From Hyphochytrium catenoides (Eukaryota; Protista; Hyphochytriomycota), in NCBI GenBank assembly GCA_900088475.1, contig FLMG01002422.1, positions 1 to 34,480 on the forward strand: a stretch of DNA of 34,480 nt, written 5' to 3'. The notes below the pieces were generated by a model, which saw only the letters and a program-made list of their open reading frames with translations, was not told where the DNA came from and made no database searches. Shown in pieces: positions 1 through 9,019 of this stretch (position 1 is the stretch's first letter; every line of letters begins with the position of its first letter). The translations under genes and the position numbers were made by a program.

Positions 1-827
1 GTATAGTTTCTGGAGACCAAACGTGAAGATGACGATTTGTGATATATTATATAAAAATAAGAATCATCATAGCTGAATGATAGAGCATTACAAATCGTTG
101 TGTCCTTTCTCTGGAGAGTAACGAAGCTCGTACCGGAAAACTCAACAGAAAGGGAGCTTGGAGCGACATTTCCATGGCCTAGTAGTACTAACTGGGGATG
201 TACTACTTTCTCTACTGATGACGAACCACCAGCTCGAAGCCTAATATTGCCACAAGCAAGTGAGACTCACATCCTTAGCAATCCACGGATAGGTGACAGC
301 AGGTCGCGGCGCTGAGACAGCGAAAGGCTATCATATTATTGCTGCTAGCAGAGTAATAAGCTTACTTGATGCCATACTATTTGGGCCCCATCATCATACT
401 GGGCGTCGTGAGGAAGCGGTGTAGACAAACCCTATTAGCATCATCATCAATCCAGCTTCTTAGCAGTCGTCCGTTGGTCATCGGCAGCAAGCATGGATGA
501 TAGGATACTCTTTACTTATCATCATCATAGGTTCTATCATAAGAAAAGCTACAGATGACTATCACATCATAACAAAACTGGGAAATGCATGCCCTCCATC
601 CTTCCCGGCATCGCAGATCTCCGCCACATATGTATAAGCATAACAAACATGATGAGTACGGCCGACAAAATTATTTGCTCCTTTTCCAGATGCAAGGTTT
701 CCAAAGGAATGCTCGGCGTTGCAGCAGGAGTACGCCTGCCACAAATCAAGGAATGATCAGACCTTGAGGAGCCATAGTAGCCTCAGCAATGTCCACAAGC
801 TTCCGTCATTCTTCTCATCTTTATCCC

Positions 828-2669
828 CTACGGTCTCCTCCACAGTTCGTCTTCTTCATCATCCTTTCCTCTCAACGAAAACCTCCCAATGCCTGACCCC
901 GCAGTCCTTCTACCAGGGAAGGAAGACCCATGATCACCACTAGAGAATGCTCCAGAGAAATGTGGGCTGGAAGAGTGGTCAGTGCCATTAGGGGAGACAA
1001 GGTAGTTGTTCCCATCAAGCGTCTCTTCATCATCATGGTCTTCTTCTCCTTCTTCTCCGCCAGCAGCCACGAAGCTCGAGGTTACCACAACTGTTAGGAG
1101 CCTTGAACCGCAACTCCTACAGAACCGGTCATCCTGGCTCTCGGCCACCTTTCGACATCTCATACAGAGGGCAGCTGACGGAGGCGACGCCTCATCGTCA
1201 AGACCAACAGTGATCCCTTTCTCGAGAGTCTCTTCCTCCTTCTTCGCAGTGCCAAGTTGTCCCAGGTCTCTCCTGATATTTGCTGAAGTCTCTTGCTCCT
1301 TGGGTTCCGCTTGTAGAAGAGAGACAGACGGCCGAAGAAGTAGTGGAGGAACAACCCTCTCCGCATCACTCTTTTCCATGCTGGTCCCGCTCTCCATGCT
1401 TGATAACGTGGGACCATCGGCTTTAGGGCAAGACGTAGGAGAGGAGGAAGAAACTGGGGCGGACAAGCCCCTTAAAAAGCCTTGAGAGGAGTTAGGCCGA
1501 AGGGTACTTGAGGTAAGATTGTCCTTCCAATCACCCTTGGGCTCATCCATCTCCGGAGACTGCACTTCCAATGCCATCCTCTTCCCACGATAGACTCTGA
1601 CAGCTAGGAACAGGAGAAGAGCAATCCCTATTAGGGCCCCAATGCTTGCAATAACAGCTACCGTCGTTGATGAGAGGCCTCCGGAGGACACCGAGTTGTT
1701 GCCTCCAGTATCAGGTCCCGGACCCATCGAAGGCTGAGGATCTTTCTGGTTGTTGTCGTCGTCTATCGTAGAGCTGCCGCTGCAGTCCGAAGGTATCCCA
1801 AAAAAGAAAGCTTCTGACAGAGCGGTACGGGTGCTCTGAGAACCATCCCGTGCGAGAGAGTACTTGACGCCCACGTAATATAGGCCGGGAGAGAGACCTT
1901 CTGGCATTGTGAGAGACCCATCAGTTAGGTTTGCGTCAAGGTCATAGCTTTTGACAAGCTCCTTCTTAGAAAGCCCCTTAAGTAGATCAGCCTTGATCGA
2001 TAGAACGTCTGTCCCACCGCCGTGCGAGTCATCGATCCAGGCCAGGCTGACAGCAATTGTCTTTGCATCTGAGCTGATAACACCTGCTTGCGGGGCTGTC
2101 ACCCGCAAGGGCTCCACGTTGTCAACAGTTCGAGGGCTAAATACCTCTGGCGAGCAAATGCCACGCTTCCCAGCCACTTCAAATGGTGGAGAGAGTAGAA
2201 CGAAGCCTCCCTTTTCTTCCTCTGTCTTGTAGACAAACCGATACCGTCCGCTGGGAAAAAGAGAGGGAGCATGCCAGGTCCATGATGGACTATCCGTATG
2301 GTACGCCACCACATCCATCACTGTCCCCGTCATGTTCAAGACCTCCACAGCTGCTAGCATGGGAGAGAACAGTGCCCTTTCTTCTTCGGAGGAGTAGGAA
2401 AAGCTGCCCAAGCAGATCTGGCCTGCCTGACAAGAAGTAGGTACGTCACTCCATACCACTTGCGGGGTAGCTGTCACGGCAGGAGAAGGCGCAGGGGCGG
2501 AAGACGGGGCATTATTGATACTATTAATCGGAGTATTGTCTCCTCCATCATCCGTCGAGGACTGGAGCGCACGACCTGTGCCATGGTGGTGGTAAAGCGC
2601 GAGATGTGACGATGTGCAGAGTGGCAATAGCGCCAATGCAAGAAGAAGACTGATGATGGGAGGGACCAT
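828..2669 (-). CDS. Intronless type-I single-pass membrane protein (signal peptide, two Kre9/Ser-Thr-GPI-like beta-sandwich repeats, S/G/P linker, TM helix, cytoplasmic zinc ribbon); paralogue A
   Basis: 643-aa ORF 828..2759. Likely start is the ATG at 2669 (MVPPIISLLLALALLPLCTSS signal peptide); an upstream ATG exists at 2756. TM helix VAVIASIGALIGIALLLFLAV followed by RVYRGKR. CMRC-x11-CRSC at 1098..1166. Collinear similarity with the ORF at 4993..6708. Confidence 0.85.
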   Translation of the reverse strand: MVPPIISLLLALALLPLCTSSHLALYHHHGTGRALQSSTDDGGDNTPINSINNAPSSAPAPSPAVTATPQVVWSDVPTSCQAGQICLGSFSYSSEEERALFSPMLAAVEVLNMTGTVMDVVAYHTDSPSWTWHAPSLFPSGRYRFVYKTEEEKGGFVLLSPPFEVAGKRGICSPEVFSPRTVDNVEPLRVTAPQAGVISSDAKTIAVSLAWIDDSHGGGTDVLSIKADLLKGLSKKELVKSYDLDANLTDGSLTMPEGLSPGLYYVGVKYSLARDGSQSTRTALSEAFFFGIPSDCSGSSTIDDDNNQKDPQPSMGPGPDTGGNNSVSSGGLSSTTVAVIASIGALIGIALLLFLAVRVYRGKRMALEVQSPEMDEPKGDWKDNLTSSTLRPNSSQGFLRGLSAPVSSSSPTSCPKADGPTLSSMESGTSMEKSDAERVVPPLLLRPSVSLLQAEPKEQETSANIRRDLGQLGTAKKEEETLEKGITVGLDDEASPPSAALCMRCRKVAESQDDRFCRSCGSRLLTVVVTSSFVAAGGEEGEEDHDDEETLDGNNYLVSPNGTDHSSSPHFSGAFSSGDHGSSFPGRRTAGSGIGRFSLRGKDDEEDELWRRP

Positions 2670-3302
2670 GCATCTTCTCCGGCAACCTTTTCTTCTCGTG
2701 ACAGAAAAGGCAGCAGAGTAGCTTCCAGAGGCAGCTCTTCTAGAGATATTTCTCATCAATGAAATAGCAGCGGCACCGATAGACCGAGAAGCACGTCAAA
2801 GATGGGACAAGGCAGAAGATGCAGAACTCTTCTACAGATTGTCAACGGCAATCAACCGGACAGACGGCAGCAACTCCAAGATTCGGGGTTAAAAAGCAGG
2901 GAGAAACAGTGGAGCAGACACCTTCAGATGTCGCTGCGATAAAAATCACCGCTAAATGTCTGACAACAGGCTAACAGACGAAGCAAATCAAAAGCCTAGG
3001 GCATCCCTAAGAGATAGATCGATAGAAGACAAGCATAATAAAGATCTGAAGCTCAGACTTCTTGGACTCTTTTATAAAAAAAAGAGGAGAAAGAGAGAGA
3101 ATCTGAAGAAGCTCCAAGGTTGAGGCGGCGAGGTGCCTGATGAAGATGCGCCATTGTTTATCTGTTCTTGGCTGTTGCTCTACTAGGAGACAGAGACAGA
3201 GCAGGAGGGCAGGTTCTCATTGTGTTTGCGATCTCATTGTGTGAGAGAGAGCCTTGTGAGGAGCCTGGACACAGCTGAGCAGCTGCTTGATTAACCTTTT
3301 GG

Positions 3303-3307
<5 letters not shown>

Positions 3308-3346
<39 letters not shown>

Positions 3347-3359
3347 AAGAGAGAGAGAG

Positions 3360-3390
<31 letters not shown>

Positions 3391-3710
3391 CAGAAAGAGA
3401 CAGAGACAGAGAGAGAGAGAGAGCGAGAGAGAGAGAGTGAGAGAGAAAGAAAGAGAGAAGACGAGAAGACAAGAGAGAAAAAGAGGGAAAAAGAAAGAGG
3501 GAGAAAAAAGAGAGAGAAGGGGGGAAGAGACAGAAAGAGAGAGAGATAACGAGAGAAACACAAGACACAAAGAGGGTAAGACAGAGATAAGGACAAAACG
3601 GAGAAAGACAGAGAGAAGAATAGACAGGGGTTAGCCCCAAAAGAGAGAAAGACATAAAGGGAGAGAAGAGGATAGGAGAGAAGTCCTGTACAAGGGAAGA
3701 CAGAGGAATA
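3308..3710. repeat. (GA)n microsatellite and purine-rich low-complexity tract
   Basis: Directly visible GA/GACA/GAAA runs; explains the spurious ER/SL-repeat ORFs at 3158..3772. Confidence 0.95.
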
Positions 3711-4364
3711 ACCTCCTGGCTTTCTTTCTCTCTCTTCATCTTGAAACCTACGTATCTAGTACAACGAGACAAAGCACAATAGACAAACCATACGTCAACT
3801 CTGTCTGCGGCCTATTTCACTCTGTCTCGCAGGACGGCGCCCCGTCAGCCATGATGGTAGGAAAATTTTTCCTGCTTCTTTCATCCCGATCTCTCGCTAC
3901 TTGAAATGTGCGCTCTCTTGGAATCTAAGCTGGTTATATGGAGGGAATCTGTGAGGTTTGAGCGTATCCCCACCACGACCCACCCAAAGGTTCGCCCGTC
4001 TCCCTTATAATCCTCAGTCACTGTCGTTTATTATTTTTACCATAGTAAATAACCCAGATGACGTCGAAATGGTTTTCAGTAACCTCAGTTTCCCTTCGGT
4101 CTGACAGATTGGATCTGAGGGGGGTTTAGCCCTTTACTTGTGACCGGCTCATCAAGGAATCTTCGCTCTTGGCTGTATAAATAGCTCGGTCCTTGTAGAG
4201 AGACCCTCCATAGATGACCTTCATTTCCCAATAATCTTCACATATCTTCATCTTCATCTCCTGCAGATCTTCACCATCAAAGCTTCAGCCCAGGCTTCAG
4301 CACCATCAGCTTATCGCCAAAATCTTATTTTCTCTCCTCATGATGGATTAGAACTCTGATTAAT

Positions 4365-4434
4365 GCGACTAAGCCTTAGCTATCTTGCTATTAGCCTAAC
4401 GCGACTAAGCCTTAGCTATCTTGCTATTAGCCTA
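4365..4434. repeat. Tandem duplication, 36-bp period
   Basis: gcgactaagccttagctatcttgctattagccta occurs at 4365..4398 and again at 4401..4434. Confidence 0.95.
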
Positions 4435-4992
4435 CGTGCCACCGGCATACGAGGAGCAGCAGTGCAGTGGGCGATTCGCATCCAAAAAAGAATTAATGTG
4501 AGGGCAGAAGAAACAATTGGATGAACGTAGTCTATTAGCCAGAGAGAGTTACGGGAAGACGACAGCTTCAGCTCAAGAACGAAGAGGCTTCTCTGCGATT
4601 GAACATGAATAGGGCTACCACTTACTTTTGGTTCGTATTGGTCGTACCAATAACGAGTATAGGTTGTTAAGGTAGAAGGCAAATAACTCGAATGGGATAG
4701 GTTAGGATGGAAGACAGCAGGAATGGGAAAGGAGATGTAATTGACTCGTATCCAGGACGCGAACATCACTGTCTCTGCTGTTCAGAGAGCCAACGAGCCA
4801 AGTCATCAGCCAGGTTGGCAGAGGAACGAATGATCAAATCAAAAGCAAACTGCTTTGTTGCCTTCATCGCTTGTACTAGCTTCATCTATAAGCCCACCTC
4901 TTTGTTGTCGCCGTCATTCTCCTCAAGACTTGTCCTCTGCTCAGCAGTTCGAACGTTCCGTCTGCTGCTTTCTACTGTCACCAACTCTTTTC

Positions 4993-6708
4993 TTACCGTA
5001 GAAGAATCGTTCGGTCTTTCGTCTCCTTCTTCAATCGTCTCGGAGATGAAAGCTCGCTTCCATGTTCTGCCTCCCTATTGTTACTAGTGCCAGGAATCAT
5101 GGTGGCGGGAGCCTGGCTTGCTTCTCTGACGCTATCATTTAGGAGCACTGCCTCTGCAGGATCGGACGCTGCAGCCACCATAATATTGATCAACCTGGCG
5201 CCGCACCAGCTGCAGAAATGCGCGTCAGAGTTATCGGCAACTTTCCTGCACTCTGTGCAGAGAGCAGCGGGTGCCGCGGCCGCGACACCTACAGCTGTGA
5301 GTGCATGAAGAGTAGACTGCCGTTGGGCCATCTCCGTCCTTCGCTCTCCGTCCCACCGCTGGGCGGGAGCTGTCGTCATGGGTGATGATGCTAGAGAAGA
5401 GCTTTGTGTAGCGCCGCCTGGTAAAGAGGCGGGAAGGAGAACGTTGCTCGGACGATGCTCCTCTTCTCCCCTGGGGTTGCCCGCGTTTGGAGAGTGTCCG
5501 CTCCCTGCTGGTAGAGGTAGAAAAGTCCCTTGGTTTGTGCTAAACGCGTCCTTAGAGTCGGGACTGCTGCTCGGATCATAGCCATCTGGCTGAGCTGTGG
5601 CTCCTCTCTTCTTGTTGCGATGAAAGACAAAGCCTGACACTCCAAGACCGACCACTGCCAGGCCAGCAAGAAAGGCTATTATTCCTGCTGCGGTGGTTGA
5701 CAGTCCCGTTGAAGAAGAGGTTTCAGCCTGCTTCTGGGCAAGGTCCCCGCCCTCATGAGGAGATGCTGCTGACCCAGTCCCTTCATCTGATGGGTTGTCA
5801 CTATTACCCGTTGTCTGGCCGTCAGGTGAAGCCGGGCTGGTTCCCGAGCCCGTTGATGGCGAGGGGGAGCTAGCCCCGCCCTCGCTGCTGGAGGTGTTAC
5901 CGCTACATTTAGGCTTCTCTCCAACAAAGAAGATCTCCGAGTACGATATCTTCGTGGTCTTGTCATCTGGCCACAGGGCGTACTGAAAGCGAAGGAGATA
6001 AGATCCAGTTGGCGCCGTCTCTGGCACAGCGAACTCTGGGAAATTTCTAGGGTCCGCCTCAAAGCTCTTGATTACGTCACCGAGTTCCTTCCTGGAGGTT
6101 GCCCGCATGAGCTCCATCTTCAGCCGCATCACTCCGTCTCCATCGAGGTGCTGATTGTCCACCCATCTCGCCTTCATGGCCACCTTTTGTTTGGGAGTGA
6201 AGCTCCAGGCAGCCTGGGGAGCTTCCACACGAAGGGCCTCCGGTTCAGCCATCGTCCGAGGTGTATATTTCTCCGTGGTGCAGCGCTTGTACTTGGACGT
6301 CACGTTGAAGGCAGGAGACAGAGTAGAGAGGCCTCTTTTTTGCTCTGTGTAGCGAAAGCGATAGGCTCCAACAGGAATGAGGCTTGGGACAGACCAGAGC
6401 CAGGACGTACTATCAGTGTTATACTCTGCAACGTCCACCACGGCGTCGGAGCCATCTATCACTTCGATGAAGGCAGGACTAGGGATTGCAGGAGGGCTGG
6501 ACTCCGTTGCTATGAAGCTGAAAGATCCTACGCAGGTTGAGCTGGTGACACATCCTTTCACTGAGTTCCACCTAGCTCCTGGGAGAGATGTTTCTCCTCC
6601 TCCTCCGTCCGCAGATGCTTTATAATTAGCCCCCACGACGAGTAGCGCGCTTAAGATCGCGAGGTATGTACAGGGAGGATGCATAGGAGACGAGGTCCTT
6701 GCTGGCAT
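4993..6708 (-). CDS. Intronless type-I single-pass membrane protein with cytoplasmic zinc ribbon; paralogue B
   Basis: 571-aa ORF. Signal-like YLAILSALLVVGANYKASA. Ectodomain motifs CVGSFSF, WLWSVPSLIPVGAYRFRY, LSPAFNV, LRVEAPQA, YSEIFFVG match paralogue A. TM helix AAGIIAFLAGLAVVGLGVSGFVF followed by HRNKKR. CTEC-x11-CSWC at 5191..5259. Confidence 0.85.
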   Translation of the reverse strand: MPARTSSPMHPPCTYLAILSALLVVGANYKASADGGGGETSLPGARWNSVKGCVTSSTCVGSFSFIATESSPPAIPSPAFIEVIDGSDAVVDVAEYNTDSTSWLWSVPSLIPVGAYRFRYTEQKRGLSTLSPAFNVTSKYKRCTTEKYTPRTMAEPEALRVEAPQAAWSFTPKQKVAMKARWVDNQHLDGDGVMRLKMELMRATSRKELGDVIKSFEADPRNFPEFAVPETAPTGSYLLRFQYALWPDDKTTKISYSEIFFVGEKPKCSGNTSSSEGGASSPSPSTGSGTSPASPDGQTTGNSDNPSDEGTGSAASPHEGGDLAQKQAETSSSTGLSTTAAGIIAFLAGLAVVGLGVSGFVFHRNKKRGATAQPDGYDPSSSPDSKDAFSTNQGTFLPLPAGSGHSPNAGNPRGEEEHRPSNVLLPASLPGGATQSSSLASSPMTTAPAQRWDGERRTEMAQRQSTLHALTAVGVAAAAPAALCTECRKVADNSDAHFCSWCGARLINIMVAAASDPAEAVLLNDSVREASQAPATMIPGTSNNREAEHGSELSSPRRLKKETKDRTILLR

Positions 6709-7272
6709 GCTTTTCTGTTTCTTGTTGATGGGCAGAGCTGCTGCTCAAGCTTGTCCCTAGCTGGAGAGTGGGGGGCAAGATGGTAGAAGTGAGCACGATA
6801 CCTTTAGGATTAGCAAAGAGCAGAGAATAGAGGCGGACGCAGGTGGACACCTGGCGGTCTCTTCCGTCGTCCAAGCTTGCTGACTACTGACCGACGGGCG
6901 CGCACCTCTGTAAAGGCCCGACGATGACTCCTTCTGTTAGCATCCACTGTCGAGCGAGAGAGAGAGAAAGAGAATGCGGATCAAGAGTAAGCTGCTAGTT
7001 ATTAGCGCCGTGGTGGCAAAGACTGGTAAGCCCAAGTGCCAACAGGAGAGCTCTGTGCCTTCATCCCTCGAACTGCTGACAAGAGGAGGAGAGCGATAAA
7101 GTTTCTGCGGTATTTCAATGGAGAGATAGAAGGAAAAGGTGTCGCCCTAGAAGGACTCCTCTACTGATGGCGTTCAGTGTATGGTCTCTCTTACTCCTGT
7201 CTCTCTCTCCTCTCCGATCTCTTATGATGACGCCACCACCAAGAGACAGCATGATGATAGCTATTATGATGA

Positions 7273-7305
7273 TAGAGAGAGAAAAGAGAGAAGGGGAGAG
7301 AGGGG

Positions 7306-7362
<57 letters not shown>

Positions 7363-7427
7363 NNNNNNNNNNNNNNNNNNNNNNNNNNNNNNNNNNNNNN
7401 NNNNNNNNNNNNNNNNNNNNNNNNNNN
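7273..7427. repeat. (GA)n microsatellite running into an assembly gap (N 7363..7427)
   Basis: Directly visible. Confidence 0.95.
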
Positions 7428-7572
7428 GTCGCTACTGTACAGTATCAGTTTTCTTATAAAACAGAATTAGATGGAGGAGGTACTAATGCGCACATCTTAT
7501 TGCGCACATATATTGCGCACATATTACTCTGCACGAGTCAGCCTTTAGCGCTAAAACTATAAGAGGTGGCCT

Positions 7573-7910
7573 TCACTTTGCTCAACGTTTGGTACGCACC
7601 AGCAGACCATGAGAACGCGTTTGAAAGATGGCTGCTGCTCTGCTCAGCGCTCTCTTCTGCTCCTCCTCTTCTTGTTCCTTCTTCTTCTCTCTCCTCATAC
7701 ATCATCATCTCAACAACAAAGCCAGCAGCAGCCCGTCCTCCATCTCCTCAATCAGGCAGGGCACAGCCTCGGCAGGAGGAGGCAGCAGGGCACAGACTCG
7801 GCAGGAGGAGGCAGGGCACAGACTCGGCAGGGAGGAGGCACGCAGAGTCAGGGCAGCAGTTATCAGGAGGGCCAGGCAGGCAGCACGAGTGCGCCGGCGG
7901 CATCTTCATC
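7573..7910 (-). pseudogene. Decayed ORF remnant with an IQ-like motif and a GC-rich minisatellite
   Basis: Minus frame reads ...LLLR**CMRREKKKEQEEEEQKRALSRAAAIFQTRSHGLLVRTKR*AK*; all stops are TGA. Overlaps about three copies of gcagggcacagactcggcaggaggag (7756..7850). Confidence 0.35.
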
Positions 7911-9019
7911 GTTGGCGGCAGCAAAGGACCTCTTGGTGGTTACCGACCATTCTTGCCAGACTGCGGCGGCAGCAGCGCCAGCGAAGAGCAGCGCCTACAT
8001 AATAGTAAAAGCCTCATTAGGTTTTGGCTGCAATGGTGGCTGGTGGGTGGTGTCAGCGCTTTTCCATGCCTGTCTGCTCTTACCTTTAAATGGTCTTCCG
8101 TTTCTTGTGGACTGTTGTTAGTTGCCGCCGGGGCGAATAATGCTTCAAGCTCTCAAGCATGATAAGGACATTACATCCCTAGTAAGTAAGCGAGCGATTA
8201 TGTACGGGCGCTTTGTCATCTGCTGCGTGTTGTTGGCACGTTTGGTCGGTGCTTGGTCGATGGAGCTTGCAGTCGTTCCAGTGCTGATCTCCCAGTACGT
8301 ACTTGCCACGGCCTCGTGCAGGACAGAAGAAGAAAGCAGGGTATGAATCTGTTTATGCGACAACAAAGGAGGAACAAAGGAACCAGGGCATAATAGGACG
8401 ACCGCTGAAGCAGACGGGAAACAAATAAGAGATCCTGCCACAGAGCTATTGTCTCCATCTTCACCTTCACCATTTCATCGTTGATAGAAGCTTCTCGCCT
8501 ACGTACCCCGGCGGCGCCTTCTTCGTAGCCAGGCTCCAAGAGAGCAACAGGGTTGTACTTCTTCATAAGTGTGAGCCAAAGCTCGTCATCGGCACTCCGA
8601 CTGTGAACCGCTGAAAGGTCGATGGTAGTTTCTTTCCTTACTTCACTTCAAGAACGCAATGACTTACGCTAGTGATGGTGCCTCATCACCGACGAGTGGG
8701 CTGGCGATGCCGACAAAGCAGCCTCAAACTGTTTGGGGCCAGGCGTTATACTTTGCTGTTGATTAACCAGTCGCGAATGACAGAGAAAAGAAAGAGCTAT
8801 AAAATGAGGCCATGAAGACTGACACTGTCATTACTAAGGTATTATATGGAGGCGGGCATATGGTCTTGCATTAGACGGGCCAGCCGCTTGCGGAGACTGC
8901 CAGGAAGAAGCCTTGGCCTCATCATAGTAGAGCAGTCCGTCAATCATTACATAAGACCCATAGTCAAAGGATGTTCATACTCCTATCTTCCTGAGCCACT
9001 ACTCGCTCAAGCGCTGATC

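Noticed and set aside
100-943. Short ORFs at the window start
   Set aside because: No motifs or splice-consistent model; probably 3' UTR or intergenic.
3158-3772. ORFs rich in ER or SL dipeptide repeats (also 7167..7562 and 11126..12144)
   Set aside because: Translations of GA/CT microsatellites; no protein features.
3859-3873. Palindrome AGGAAAA-T-TTTTCCT
   Set aside because: Short and low complexity; no supporting context.
1006-6625. Plus-strand and alternate-frame ORFs overlapping the two receptor-like genes
   Set aside because: Shadow ORFs of GC-rich coding sequence; no motifs.
7756-7850. Short direct repeats considered as a CRISPR array
   Set aside because: Adjacent degenerate units with no unique spacers, eukaryotic context, no cas genes.
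7566-8162. Three overlapping plus-strand ORFs
   Set aside because: Open in all frames because of the GC-rich minisatellite; the minus frame is more protein-like.
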